Assembly: GCA_040901985.1 (NCBI GenBank)
Contig: JBBDYC010000008.1
Span: 144,490 to 208,489, forward strand
Direction: 5' to 3'
DNA length: 64,000 bases
From: Gemmatimonadaceae bacterium
GTDB taxonomy: Bacteria > Gemmatimonadota > Gemmatimonadetes > Gemmatimonadales > Gemmatimonadaceae
The position numbers and the translations under genes were made by a program. This document shows positions 19,220 through 29,522 of this stretch, piece after piece. Numbering within the stretch: position 1 is the stretch's first letter; each line of letters opens with the position of its first letter. The notes under the pieces were generated by a model. That model ran no database searches. It was not told the origin of the DNA and saw only the letters and a list, made by a program, of their open reading frames with translations.

Positions 19220-21097
19220 TCAGAAGTCCACCGGCCGCAGGTAGCTCTCGCCGATGGCGGCGGCACTGAGCATCGCCACCGTCGGCAACTTGCGCTTCCA
19301 GTGCGTCGAGTCGAGCCGCGTGGTCACCAGCCGCAGCGCCTCGGCGTCAATGCCGCGGGCGAGGAGATCCTCGCGCGCCCACCCGTGCAGCAACCAGTTG
19401 AGGATCTCGTCTGCCACGGCGTACGACACGCCGAAGTCCCCCTCGTCCGTCTGGCCGGCAATCAGGTCGGCGCTCGCCGGCTTGGCGATGATCTCGGTCG
19501 GCACGCCGAGCCAGGAGGCGAGCGCCCAGACCTGCGTCTTGAAGAGGTCGCCAATCGCGTTCACCGGCGGCGAGTCATCGGCGTGCCAGGTGAAGTATCC
19601 GAGCAGGCGCTCGCTCTTGTTCCCGGTGCCGAGCGGGAGGGCGTGATGCTTGGCCGACAGGTCGAAGAGCGCAATCATCCGCATCCGGGCCATCACGTTG
19701 CCGCGCCTCGCCGCGGTCGCCTCCGGCTCGGCGGCGAGGTAGCCGTCCACGGCGGCCGAGATGTCGATCGTCCGCCCCTCGATGCCGAGCTGGTCGATCA
19801 CCAACTGGGCGTGGGCAAGGGAGTCGGGGCTCGAGGTGCGATGGGGCAGTCGCACGCCAATCACGTTCTTGGGCCCGAACGCGCGGGCGGCGAGGGTCGC
19901 GACGACGGCCGAGTCCACGCCTCCCGAGACGCCGACGACGGCCTTGGTGAATCCGCGCCGCGAGAACTCGTCCTGCAGGAACTGGACGAGCCATCGCTCG
20001 ACGAGCGCGGCGTCAATGTCGAGGGAAGGGGGCAGGCCGCGTGCGGTGTCGCCGCCAGCGACGACCGGAAGGGGCGGGTGCTCCGCCACGCCGGCCCCGG
20101 GCTTCGGCGCCGCCTTCCTGGCGGCCGCGCGTCCCTTGGCCTTCGTCTTGGCCTTCGTCTTGGCGGCGGGCTTCCTCGGCTCGGCCTCATCGTCGGCCGG
20201 GGGCAGGAGTCCGAGCGTGCGGTCGAGTTCCTTGCGCAGGAAGGGGAGTGCGCTCCGGAGGTCGGACAGGAGGGGGAGGTCCGACCGCACGCGCGTCACA
20301 TCGCCGAGGTTCACCGTGCCGGTGAGGAGCGCCTCCTCGAACACCGGGGCGCGGACGCGGACCTCCCCGTTCGGGCCGGCGATCAGCGACCCGCCCTGAA
20401 ACATCCGTCCCCCCTCGCTGCCGACGAGATTCGCCAGCACGCAGAACACCCCGTGCTCCTCCGCGATGTCCCGGATGAGCCGCTCCCAGCGCTCGACACT
20501 TCCGGGGCCCGGGACCTTGTCGTCGCGCGGCGCGGGGCCGCGCGCCGGCGCCGCAGCGAGAACACAGACCACCTGGGCGCCGTCGAGCGCGGCGATCGTC
20601 CCACTGAGCGAATGCCAGGCGTCCTCGCAGATGAGGATTGCCGCGCGGCCCCACGACGTGTCGAACGCCTCGATGCCGTACCCGCGGTCCACGAACCGCT
20701 CCTCGTCAAAGAGCGAGTAGGTCGGCAGGAAGTTCTTGCGATGGACGTGGCGGAGTTGTACCGGCCGGTCGCCGCCGAGGGCGATGCAGGCGGCGCTGTT
20801 GTAAAGCGTTCCCTCGTGCCGCTCGTAGAACCCGACAATCACGTCGAGCGGCGCGAGCGCCGGCACCAGCGCGCGCACGCGCGCGTCAAGCGCCTCGGCG
20901 AGCGCGTCGGCGCCGAGCGCGAGTTCGCGCACCCCGCCCTCGACGAAGTAGCCCGAGGTCACCGTCTCGGCAAAGACCACCAGCTGCGGGCGCGGGTCGA
21001 GCGCCGACGCCTGCGCCACGAGCGAGGCGATCCGGTCGAGGTTGGCGGCGAGGTCCCCCTTCCGGGGGCGGAACTGCGGGAGTGCGACGGTGAGCAT
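19220..21097 (-). CDS. nadE: Glutamine-dependent NAD+ synthetase
   Basis: Nitrilase domain (FAE, HRKNFLP, ICED) plus synthetase domain (GVSGGVDS, GNVMARMRM, GTGNKSE, ASADL). Confidence 0.93.
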   Translation of the reverse strand: MLTVALPQFRPRKGDLAANLDRIASLVAQASALDPRPQLVVFAETVTSGYFVEGGVRELALGADALAEALDARVRALVPALAPLDVIVGFYERHEGTLYNSAACIALGGDRPVQLRHVHRKNFLPTYSLFDEERFVDRGYGIEAFDTSWGRAAILICEDAWHSLSGTIAALDGAQVVCVLAAAPARGPAPRDDKVPGPGSVERWERLIRDIAEEHGVFCVLANLVGSEGGRMFQGGSLIAGPNGEVRVRAPVFEEALLTGTVNLGDVTRVRSDLPLLSDLRSALPFLRKELDRTLGLLPPADDEAEPRKPAAKTKAKTKAKGRAAARKAAPKPGAGVAEHPPLPVVAGGDTARGLPPSLDIDAALVERWLVQFLQDEFSRRGFTKAVVGVSGGVDSAVVATLAARAFGPKNVIGVRLPHRTSSPDSLAHAQLVIDQLGIEGRTIDISAAVDGYLAAEPEATAARRGNVMARMRMIALFDLSAKHHALPLGTGNKSERLLGYFTWHADDSPPVNAIGDLFKTQVWALASWLGVPTEIIAKPASADLIAGQTDEGDFGVSYAVADEILNWLLHGWAREDLLARGIDAEALRLVTTRLDSTHWKRKLPTVAMLSAAAIGESYLRPVDF

Positions 21098-21200
21098 CGG
21101 AGGAAAGTTGCCACCCTGACGGGGCGGAGGCGAGGCGGCACCCCGGCTGGCTGACCTGGGCGGCACCGCGATGCCGGTACCTGTGTAGAATTCGGTCACC

Positions 21201-23216
21201 GTGAGCCACTGGATCCGACCCCATTTCCGCGCCCTTTTCGTTGTCGGCGCCCTCGCTTCCGCCGACGCCTCTGCCCAGGGCGGGCCGGCGGCGGAGCCGT
21301 GGCGCATCGTCCAGCCACCGCAGTCGTCGCTGGTGTTCGCGCGCGACGGGTCGCTGATCGGCGAGATCGGCCGGGAGTGGCGGACCAACATCACGATCGC
21401 GAGTCTCCCCGCCTTCATCCCGGCGGCGTTCGTCGCGGTGGAGGATCGGCGCTTCTACCAGCACGACGGCGTGGACGTCGTCGGGATTGCGTCGGCGATC
21501 AAGGACAACATCCTTGGCGGGAGCCGCGGGGCGAGCACGATCACGCAGCAACTGGTCGGGAATATGCACCCCGAGATCATTGACCGGTCGGACCGGTCAA
21601 TCGGCCGCAAGCTCCGCGAGCAGCAGGCGGCGCGGGAGATGGAGCGGCATTACGGCAAGGCGCAGATCCTCGAGGCGTACCTGAACCAAATCCACTTCGG
21701 ACGCGGCTGGTACGGGATCGAGAGCGCGGCACGGCACTACTTCGGCAAGTCGGCGGCCGGGCTGACGATCGCCGAGGCCGCGTCGCTGGCGGCGCTCCCG
21801 AAGGGGCCGGCGATCTACGACCCGATCCGCTACCCCGACCGCAACCGAAACCGGCGAAACGCGATCATCGGCTTGATGCGCGACCAGGGCTACATCTCCG
21901 CCGACCAGGCGCGCGTGGCGCGCGCGCAGCCGTTGCGCGTGGCGCCCCACCACGGGATGTCGGCGCCGGCGCCGTACTTTGTGGACGCCGTGCGGGCGCA
22001 GCTGGAACGCGCGGGGATCCCGGTCACGGACGGGGGCTATCGCATCGTCACGACGCTCGACCCCGAGCTCCAGCGCTCGGCGGAATCGGCGCTCCTCGAT
22101 GGCACGGCGGCGATCGAGGCCGGTGAGCGCTACCCCCACGCCAAGCGTGCCGACCACCGCAGCGGCGCGCCGGCCTACCTCCAGGGCGCCGTCGTGGCCC
22201 TCGACCCGCTCACCGGGGACGTCCGTGCGCTAGTTGGCGGGCGGGACCACGCCACCGCGCCGTTCAACCGCGTGACCAACGGCGTGCGCCAGCCGGGCTC
22301 GACCTTCAAGCCGATCGTCTATGCGCGGGCACTGATGGATTCACTGCCGCCGAATGCCATCGTCGCCGACGACTCGATCGAGATCGTCTACGACGCGCAG
22401 TGGTACAGCCCGAGGAACGCCGACGGCGAGTTCCTCGGGCCGATCACCCTGCGGACGGCGCTGTCGCGCTCGCGGAATCCGGTGGCGGTCAGTCTCTGGC
22501 AACGCGTCGGCGCCGACTCGGTCATCGCGCTGGCGCGGCGGATGGGGCTCGCGTCGCCGATCGCGCCCTACCCGTCCAGCGCGATCGGCGCTTCGGCGGT
22601 GCGGCCGATTGACCTGGTGGCGGCGTTCACGGCGTTCGCCAACCTCGGCGCGTCGGTCAAGCCGCGGTTCGTGCTTCACGCGCAGGACCGCTCGGGGGCG
22701 ACGGTGTACTGGCAGGACGTGCGGATGCTGCCGCCGGCCATGGACTCCGCGGTCGCGTTCGTCGCCCTGCAACTGATGCGCGACGCGGTGGACCACGGGA
22801 CGGGGGCCGCCGTGCGCCGCTTCGTTCCGCCGAGCGTCCCGGTGGCGGGGAAGACCGGGACGACCGACGACAACACCGACGTCTGGTTCATCGGCCTGAC
22901 GCCGAATCTGGTGGCGGGTGTCTGGCTCGGGTTCGACCGTCCGAAATCCATTGCGCCGGGCGCGGCCGGCGGCGCGCTGGCGGCGCCGATTTTCGGACAG
23001 ATGTTGGCGCGGTGGGGTGGCGCCGCCGAGGAAGGGTGGGCGGTGCCGGAGGGCGTGGTGAGCGCGGAACTCGACCGGGACACGGGCGCCCTGGCGGAGT
23101 TCGACACTCCGGCCGAGCGGCGCGTGGTGGAGTTCTTTGTCGCGGGGACCGAGCCGCCGGCGCTCCGGCTCGATGCGCGGCGGCTCTTCCGGCTCGGCCC
23201 CCTGCCCCTGTTCTGA
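21201..23216 (+). CDS. Class A penicillin-binding protein (PBP1A family)
   Basis: EDRRF..H.GVD, GASTITQQL, RKLRE; transpeptidase STFK, SRN, KTGT. Confidence 0.92.
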   Translation: MSHWIRPHFRALFVVGALASADASAQGGPAAEPWRIVQPPQSSLVFARDGSLIGEIGREWRTNITIASLPAFIPAAFVAVEDRRFYQHDGVDVVGIASAIKDNILGGSRGASTITQQLVGNMHPEIIDRSDRSIGRKLREQQAAREMERHYGKAQILEAYLNQIHFGRGWYGIESAARHYFGKSAAGLTIAEAASLAALPKGPAIYDPIRYPDRNRNRRNAIIGLMRDQGYISADQARVARAQPLRVAPHHGMSAPAPYFVDAVRAQLERAGIPVTDGGYRIVTTLDPELQRSAESALLDGTAAIEAGERYPHAKRADHRSGAPAYLQGAVVALDPLTGDVRALVGGRDHATAPFNRVTNGVRQPGSTFKPIVYARALMDSLPPNAIVADDSIEIVYDAQWYSPRNADGEFLGPITLRTALSRSRNPVAVSLWQRVGADSVIALARRMGLASPIAPYPSSAIGASAVRPIDLVAAFTAFANLGASVKPRFVLHAQDRSGATVYWQDVRMLPPAMDSAVAFVALQLMRDAVDHGTGAAVRRFVPPSVPVAGKTGTTDDNTDVWFIGLTPNLVAGVWLGFDRPKSIAPGAAGGALAAPIFGQMLARWGGAAEEGWAVPEGVVSAELDRDTGALAEFDTPAERRVVEFFVAGTEPPALRLDARRLFRLGPLPLF

Positions 23217-23284
23217 CCCGCAGCGCCATTCGGATGTGACACAGGTCATCGGCGCCGCGCGTGTCACAGTGGCAGATTAACCAG

Positions 23285-24247
23285 ATGCTCCGCCCTGTCG
23301 TTTGCCCATTCCCACGCATCATCCTTGCCGCTGCTGCAGCCGCCCTCGGCGGCTGCAGCAGCGGCCCGACGACGGGCGGCTCGGCCAGCGACTACGTCCT
23401 GGAGATCCGGTGGCTCAGCACGCCGCCGACCGGGGCCACGCTGGAGGCGTTCGAGAGCGCGCGCACAACGATCCGGAGCACGATCACCGGGGCCCTCAGT
23501 CCGGTGATGCCGCCGGCCGGCTTCAACATCGCCGACTGCGATCCGAACGACACGAATCTCCAAGGCTTCCCCGACGTGCCGGCGGAGGCGATTCTCGGGT
23601 TGGTCGTCTACATCCAGATCCGTGAGATGGACGGCGTCGGCGGCAAGCTTGGCTCGGCCGGCCCCTGTCTCGTGCGGAGCGCCTCCCAGAAGTACCTGAC
23701 GGCGCTCGGCATCGTTCGGCTTGACGCGGCGGACGTGAGCAACCTGGAGGCGAATGGCCGGCTCGTCGCCGTCGTCTTGCACGAGTTGCTGCACGTGGTC
23801 GGGTTCGGCACCATCTGGCTGGAGAACGGCCTACGCGATACGACCGATGTGGATAATGCGCGATTTCTTGGCGCGCGCGCGCGCGCTGCCTGCGCGGAAG
23901 TACACGGAGGCGGCGCCGATTGCGCGACGACCGTGCCGCTGCACAGTGCGGACGGTGCCGGATCCGCTTACTCCCATTGGCGGGAGACGCTCTTCACGAA
24001 CGAACTGATGACCCCATTCCTGAACTCACCGCCGACGCCGTTCTCGGAGATGACGATCCAGTCGCTCGGCGACCTCGGCTATCAGGTGTCCAGCGTCCCC
24101 GCGCAGCCGTATCTCGTGAGCGGCACCTTCCTCCGCGCCGAGGGCGGCGCGCCGGAGCTGCCGCCGCAGGCGATGCCGGAGCCGACGCGGCCGGTCTTCA
24201 CGCTGGATGACGCAGGAAACCTGATCCCGTTCCGGAGTCCTCGATGA
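23285..24247 (+). CDS. Leishmanolysin-like (M8) zinc metalloprotease lipoprotein
   Basis: LGGC lipobox; LGSAGPC, HELLHVVGFG, SHWRE, ELMT Met-turn. Start at 23261 or 23285. Confidence 0.8.
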   Translation: MLRPVVCPFPRIILAAAAAALGGCSSGPTTGGSASDYVLEIRWLSTPPTGATLEAFESARTTIRSTITGALSPVMPPAGFNIADCDPNDTNLQGFPDVPAEAILGLVVYIQIREMDGVGGKLGSAGPCLVRSASQKYLTALGIVRLDAADVSNLEANGRLVAVVLHELLHVVGFGTIWLENGLRDTTDVDNARFLGARARAACAEVHGGGADCATTVPLHSADGAGSAYSHWRETLFTNELMTPFLNSPPTPFSEMTIQSLGDLGYQVSSVPAQPYLVSGTFLRAEGGAPELPPQAMPEPTRPVFTLDDAGNLIPFRSPR

Positions 24248-24537
24248 GGATCTGGGTCCCGATCCTGGCGCTTGGCGCCGCGCTGGCCGGGTGCGAACGG
24301 CGCCCGGCGGTGCCGCCGGCCGACGACGCGAGCGCGGACACGATCTCCGCGGGCGACAGCGTCGGCGGCGTTGACAGCGTCCGGTCGGGAAGCGCCGCGG
24401 TGACCGGGCGGACGCCTCCGAGGGTAGATACGACGGCGGCGCTGCCGGAAATCATCGGCTACGACTCGGCGTTCGGCCCGTTGTATGAGGTGGATTCCAC
24501 CGGCAAGTTGGTTCCCATCCGGCCGCGGCGTCCGTGA
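24244..24537 (+). CDS. Small lipoprotein
   Basis: LAGC lipobox; ATGA overlap with the upstream gene. Confidence 0.7.
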   Translation: MRIWVPILALGAALAGCERRPAVPPADDASADTISAGDSVGGVDSVRSGSAAVTGRTPPRVDTTAALPEIIGYDSAFGPLYEVDSTGKLVPIRPRRP

Positions 24538-24583
24538 AGCCGGTTCTGACACTCCCACCGTTGCATTCCGAGCAGGGGTTCTC

Positions 24584-26734
24584 GTGCTGAAGCGCCTGTT
24601 GATGGCGGCGGTGGTCCTGGTCGCCGTTGCGTCGTGCAAGGACGCCGCGCCCCCGGTGCCGGCGTCGGTGGTCGCCATCTCGGCGACCACGCTCCCGTCG
24701 GCGGTCGTGGCCAGCGTGGTCGCGACGGCGCCGACGTTCGAGGTGCGCACGGCAAGCGGAAAGGCGATCAAGAACGTGACGGTGAGCGTCGCGGTCACCG
24801 CGGGCGGTGGCTCCATCGCCAATGCGCCGGTGAAAACGCTCGCCGGCCCGACGCCGATTGGCGAGTGGACGCTCGGTACGGGCGCCGGCGGACAGTCGGT
24901 GACGGTCACCGTGCAGGACCTGGCGCCGGTGGTCTTCTCCCTCGAAGCCACGCCAGGCGCCCCGACGGCGGTCGTGATGGTCGAGGGCGACCTGCAGCGC
25001 GCGCCGGAGAACGGGCCGATCCCCAATCCGATCCGCGTCCGCGTCCGCGATGTTCATAACAACGGCGTCCCGGGCGTGACCGTGACGTGGGCGGTGGATG
25101 CGGGCGGCGGCGACCTCCCCTCGGGGACCACTTCGCTGAGCGACGCCACGGGAGTGGCGACCGCGCCGACTTGGACGGTCGGCCTCGACGGAAGCGGCGA
25201 GCAGGGACTCACGGCGACCGTCGGTGCACTGCCAACGGTGCGATTCACCGCCGTGGTGCAGGACCCGCCGGCGAGCATCACCGCGGAGACAGTGCCGCCA
25301 GGGAGCGTGATGGTTGGCTCGGTGATCAATCCCGCCCCCACCTTCGTGGTGCGCGATGCCGAGGGGAACGCCCTCTCGGGGCTCCCGGTGACGATCACCG
25401 TGACGGATGGCGGCGGGTCCGTGACCGGGGCGCCGGCCGTCTCGGCCGGTGGCGAGACGTCAATCGGCACGTGGACCGTCGGTACAACGCCCGGTTCCCA
25501 GGTCGTGACCGTCGCGGTGGATGGAGTGCCCGATGCGGTGTTCGCGACCACGACGGTCGTCGGTCCGCCTCACAACCTGGTGGTGGTTGAGGGCGGCGGC
25601 CAGAGCGCGCTCGCCGGCGCTGCGCTGGCGACGGCGATCCGTGTCCGGGTGCGTGACCTCTACAATAATCCGCTTCCCGGCGAGAGCGTGGCGTGGGGCA
25701 TCGCCGCCGGTGGGGGTAGCCTCTCCTCGGGCGAGAACTCGGTGGCCGACGGGGCGGGAGAGGCCACCGCGCCGACCTGGACACTCGGCCGACTCGGCGG
25801 GGATCAGGCGCTCCTCGCGTTCTCCGGGTCGGCGCAGTTGGTGATCCCCGCGACCATCCTGACGGCGTATCCGCTCGAGCTGCGTTATAACGGCGGGCTG
25901 CCGGCCGAGGGCGTGCAGCAGGCGTTCACGAACGCCGTGAATCGGATTCGCGCGACGATCGTCGGCGCGCTTTCGGCGGCAATCGTGACGTCGGAGTCCA
26001 CGCCGGGGCAGTGCGTGGCCGGGGTAACGATCGCCGAGACGGTACCGACCGAGGGCATCATCATCTACGCGACTGTGGAACCGATTGACGGGGCGGGCGG
26101 CATTCTCGGCTCGGCGGGCCCCTGCTATATCCGGAGCAGCAGCGCAGCGATCGGCCCTTCGCTGACGGTGATCGGCCGGATGCGCTTCGACAGTGCGGAC
26201 CTCGACAATATGCTGGCGCAGGGCACGCTCGAGTCGGTGATCCTGCACGAAATGCTCCACGTCATCGGCATCGGCACGCTCTGGGGAACGCTCGGCCTGC
26301 GGAACGGAACCGCGCCGACGGTGAAGCCGTTCTTCACCGGCACCCTCGCCAAGGACGCCTGCATCAACGACCACGGCGGCGGCGCGTTCTGCGGCGGCGG
26401 CGTGCCGATTGAGGACTGTCTCGATCTCACCGTCTCGTGCGGTAGCGGTACGATCAACTCGCACTGGAAGGAATCGGTCTTCCGCACCGAGCTGATGACG
26501 GGCTTCCTGAACACCGGCCTGAACCCGTTCTCGAAGATGACGGTCCAGTCGCTTGCCGATATGGGCTACACCGCGAACGTCCTCACCGCCGACGCCTACA
26601 CGGTGCCGCCGCCGAGCCTGATGGCGCTGTTGATGGCGCCGCCAGTGAAGCTGGCCGAGCCGACGGGCCCGATTGGGGTCGTGACCGAGTCGGGGCGGGT
26701 CGAGCCGATTGTCCGGCCTCCCGACGACCACTAG
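24584..26734 (+). CDS. Lipoprotein with four Ig-like (Big_1-like) repeats and a C-terminal leishmanolysin-like protease
   Basis: VASC lipobox; repeated xVRDxxxNxxxGxxVxxxVxxGGG units; HEMLHVIGIG, SHWKE, ELMTG. Confidence 0.82.
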   Translation: MLKRLLMAAVVLVAVASCKDAAPPVPASVVAISATTLPSAVVASVVATAPTFEVRTASGKAIKNVTVSVAVTAGGGSIANAPVKTLAGPTPIGEWTLGTGAGGQSVTVTVQDLAPVVFSLEATPGAPTAVVMVEGDLQRAPENGPIPNPIRVRVRDVHNNGVPGVTVTWAVDAGGGDLPSGTTSLSDATGVATAPTWTVGLDGSGEQGLTATVGALPTVRFTAVVQDPPASITAETVPPGSVMVGSVINPAPTFVVRDAEGNALSGLPVTITVTDGGGSVTGAPAVSAGGETSIGTWTVGTTPGSQVVTVAVDGVPDAVFATTTVVGPPHNLVVVEGGGQSALAGAALATAIRVRVRDLYNNPLPGESVAWGIAAGGGSLSSGENSVADGAGEATAPTWTLGRLGGDQALLAFSGSAQLVIPATILTAYPLELRYNGGLPAEGVQQAFTNAVNRIRATIVGALSAAIVTSESTPGQCVAGVTIAETVPTEGIIIYATVEPIDGAGGILGSAGPCYIRSSSAAIGPSLTVIGRMRFDSADLDNMLAQGTLESVILHEMLHVIGIGTLWGTLGLRNGTAPTVKPFFTGTLAKDACINDHGGGAFCGGGVPIEDCLDLTVSCGSGTINSHWKESVFRTELMTGFLNTGLNPFSKMTVQSLADMGYTANVLTADAYTVPPPSLMALLMAPPVKLAEPTGPIGVVTESGRVEPIVRPPDDH

Positions 26735-26737
26735 GCG

Positions 26738-29299
26738 CTAGGCGACGACGGCGAGCGGCTCGCCGGCCCCCTTGCTCGGTTCGGGGAGCAACGCGAGTGC
26801 GAGGACCTGCTCGAGCGACTCGACGAAGTGGAAGCGCAGCGCCTTCCGCGCCTCCTCCGGCACGTCCTCCACGTCGGCCTCGTTGTCCTTGGGCAGGATG
26901 ACGTCGGTGATGCCCGCGCGCAGCGCGCCGAGGACCTTCTCCTTGACGCCGCCGATCGGCAGGACGCGACCGCGGAGCGTGATCTCGCCGGTCATCGCGA
27001 GGTCCTTCCGCACGGGGCGTCCGCTCATCTCACTGGCCAGGGCGGTCGAGATCGCCACGCCGGCCGACGGGCCGTCCTTGGGAATCGCGCCGGCGGGCAC
27101 GTGGATGTGCGTCTCGACCGTCCCGAGCCGCGAGCGCGGAATGCCCAGCTTCTCGGCGTTCTTGGTGATGTAGGTGAACGCCGCACGAGCCGACTCCTTC
27201 ATCACGTCGCCGAGCTGTCCGGTGAGGATCAACGCGACCGGCGCCGCCGAGCCGGCCGCATCGCCGGGCGCCGGCGTCGTGATCGGACGCACCGAGGCCT
27301 CGACGAACATGATGTCGCCGCCCATCGGCGTGTAATACAGCCCGGTCGCGATCCCGACTTCGTGCGCGACGTTGGCCTTCTCGGGGTGCACCTTCGGCCG
27401 ACCGAGGAGTTCGCGCACCTCGTCGGCGGTGATGACGCCGTTCACCGTCGGGTCGGCGCCCGCCTTGGTGGCAATCCGCCGCGCGACCTTGCGCGCCACC
27501 TTGCCCACTTCGCGCTCGAGCTGCCGCACGCCGCTTTCGCGCGTGTACTTGGTCACCAACGCTGCGATCGCCCCGTCGTCGAACGTCAGCTCCTTGCCGG
27601 CGAGGCCGTTCTCCTCAAGCTGACGCGGGATCAGGTACTTCCTGGCGATCGCGGCCTTCTCGCGCTCGGTGTAGCCGGCGAACTCCACGACCTCCATCCG
27701 GTCGAGCAGCGGCCCGGGGATGTTCTGGATGAAGTTCGCGGTCGCGATGAAGAGGACCTCGGAGAGGTCGAATGGCACGCCGAGGTAGTGGTCCGTGAAG
27801 GTGTCGTTCTGCGCGGGGTCGAGCACCTCGAGGAGCGCGCTCGACGGGTCGCCTTGGAACGACACGCCGAGCTTGTCCACCTCGTCGAGCAGGAAGACGG
27901 GGTTCTTGGTCCCGGCCTGCTTCATCCCCTGGATGATCCGGCCGGGCATCGCGCCGACGTAGGTGCGGCGGTGGCCCCGGATGTCGGCCTCGTCGCGGGC
28001 GCCGCCGAGGGCGATGCGCACGTACTCGCGGCCGAGCGCGCGGGCGATGGACTTGGCGATGCTCGTCTTGCCGACGCCCGGCGGGCCGGAGAAGAGGAGG
28101 ATCGGTCCCTTGGCCATCGCGCGGGCCTTGGCCTCGCGCTTGTCGGTGATCGTGCGGGCGTCGTCGTCGTGGTTGCTCTTGCGTGGCGTCGGCGCCGACG
28201 GAGCCTCCTCGGCGCGCTCCTTGAGCTTCGCCACCGGGAACTCCCCGGTCCGGTCCATCTCGTCGGAGAGCTGCTGCGCGCGGAGTTGACGCACCGCGAG
28301 GAACTCGAGCACGCGGTCCTTCACGTCCTGCAGGCCGTAGTGATCCTCCTCGAGCACCGTCGAGGCGTGCGTGAGGTCGAGCTGGTCGTCCGAGCGCGTG
28401 TTCCACGGCAACTCGGCAATCCACTCGAGGTAGGTGCGAATGACCTGCGCCTCCATTGACTCGCGACCGGCGCGTTCGAGGCGCCCGAGCTCGCGCTCGA
28501 CCTCGGTGCGCGCCTCCTTGGGGAGCACAAGCTTGGTGAGCTTCGCGCGGAGCTCCTCAATCTCCTTGCTCTGGTCGTCGTCGCCGAGCTCCTTCTGGAT
28601 TGTCTTCATCTGCTCGCGGAGGAACATCTCGCGCTGGCGCTCGCCGAGTTCCTCCTGCACCTGCGACTTGATCTCGTCCTGCGCCTCGAGGAGCGAGATC
28701 TGGCGCTGGACGTGCACGAGGACCTTCCGGAGCCGCTCCTCGACGGAGAGGGTCTCGAGGAGACCCTGCTTCTCGGGGACGGAGAGCTCGATGTAGCCGG
28801 CCACGAGGTCGGCGAACCGGCCCGGTTCGGTGACCGAGTCGAGGACCTGGTGCACGACCTCCTCGGGGAGCCCGCGCCGCTCGCCGAGTTCACCGGCGCG
28901 CTCGCGAATCTCCTTGTGGAGCGCCTCGAACGCCGCATCCTTGTCGTCGAGCGGCGTCATCTCCTCGGCGTCCACGACCACGGCGGCGAGGAATCCCTCG
29001 CTGGTCGAGTACTGCAACGAGCTCGCGCGCTGTTCGCCGTGGAGGAGCAACTGGACGCCGCCGAGGCCGCGCTGGATCTGTCCAATTCGCGCCACGACGC
29101 CCATCGAGTAGAGGATCTCCGGCGCCGGTTCCTCGGCGTTGTCGCGCTGGGCGACGGCGAAGACCAACCGATCGCCCTTGAGCGCCGACTCGATGGCACG
29201 GAGCGTGCCCGGGCGGCCGGCCGCGATGGGCGCCGTGAGTCCGGGGAAGATGACCGTTCCACGAAGAGGAAGGACGGGAAGGGTCTGGCGAGTGGCCAT
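26738..29299 (-). CDS. lon: ATP-dependent Lon protease
   Basis: LPVLPLR N-domain; [15 protein letters not shown]; catalytic PKDGPSAG and GGVKEK. Confidence 0.96.
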   Translation of the reverse strand: MATRQTLPVLPLRGTVIFPGLTAPIAAGRPGTLRAIESALKGDRLVFAVAQRDNAEEPAPEILYSMGVVARIGQIQRGLGGVQLLLHGEQRASSLQYSTSEGFLAAVVVDAEEMTPLDDKDAAFEALHKEIRERAGELGERRGLPEEVVHQVLDSVTEPGRFADLVAGYIELSVPEKQGLLETLSVEERLRKVLVHVQRQISLLEAQDEIKSQVQEELGERQREMFLREQMKTIQKELGDDDQSKEIEELRAKLTKLVLPKEARTEVERELGRLERAGRESMEAQVIRTYLEWIAELPWNTRSDDQLDLTHASTVLEEDHYGLQDVKDRVLEFLAVRQLRAQQLSDEMDRTGEFPVAKLKERAEEAPSAPTPRKSNHDDDARTITDKREAKARAMAKGPILLFSGPPGVGKTSIAKSIARALGREYVRIALGGARDEADIRGHRRTYVGAMPGRIIQGMKQAGTKNPVFLLDEVDKLGVSFQGDPSSALLEVLDPAQNDTFTDHYLGVPFDLSEVLFIATANFIQNIPGPLLDRMEVVEFAGYTEREKAAIARKYLIPRQLEENGLAGKELTFDDGAIAALVTKYTRESGVRQLEREVGKVARKVARRIATKAGADPTVNGVITADEVRELLGRPKVHPEKANVAHEVGIATGLYYTPMGGDIMFVEASVRPITTPAPGDAAGSAAPVALILTGQLGDVMKESARAAFTYITKNAEKLGIPRSRLGTVETHIHVPAGAIPKDGPSAGVAISTALASEMSGRPVRKDLAMTGEITLRGRVLPIGGVKEKVLGALRAGITDVILPKDNEADVEDVPEEARKALRFHFVESLEQVLALALLPEPSKGAGEPLAVVA

Positions 29300-29522
29300 T
29301 GAGGAGGTCCGGGTCCGCGAGAGAGGGGCGCGTGGGAGCGCCTGGGTAGGACCCAATCTCGCAAGGAGCGTTCCGCCCTGACTTACGACATCCTGGCGGG
29401 GATTGCAACTTTAGACCGCCGTCCTGACGTAGGGCCTGCCACGGTGCCACCGCGCATTGGTGTCAAGGCAAGCGGGGTGGTATCGTCCTCCGTTCGCCGG
29501 TCCCCGAATCCTGAACCGCATC

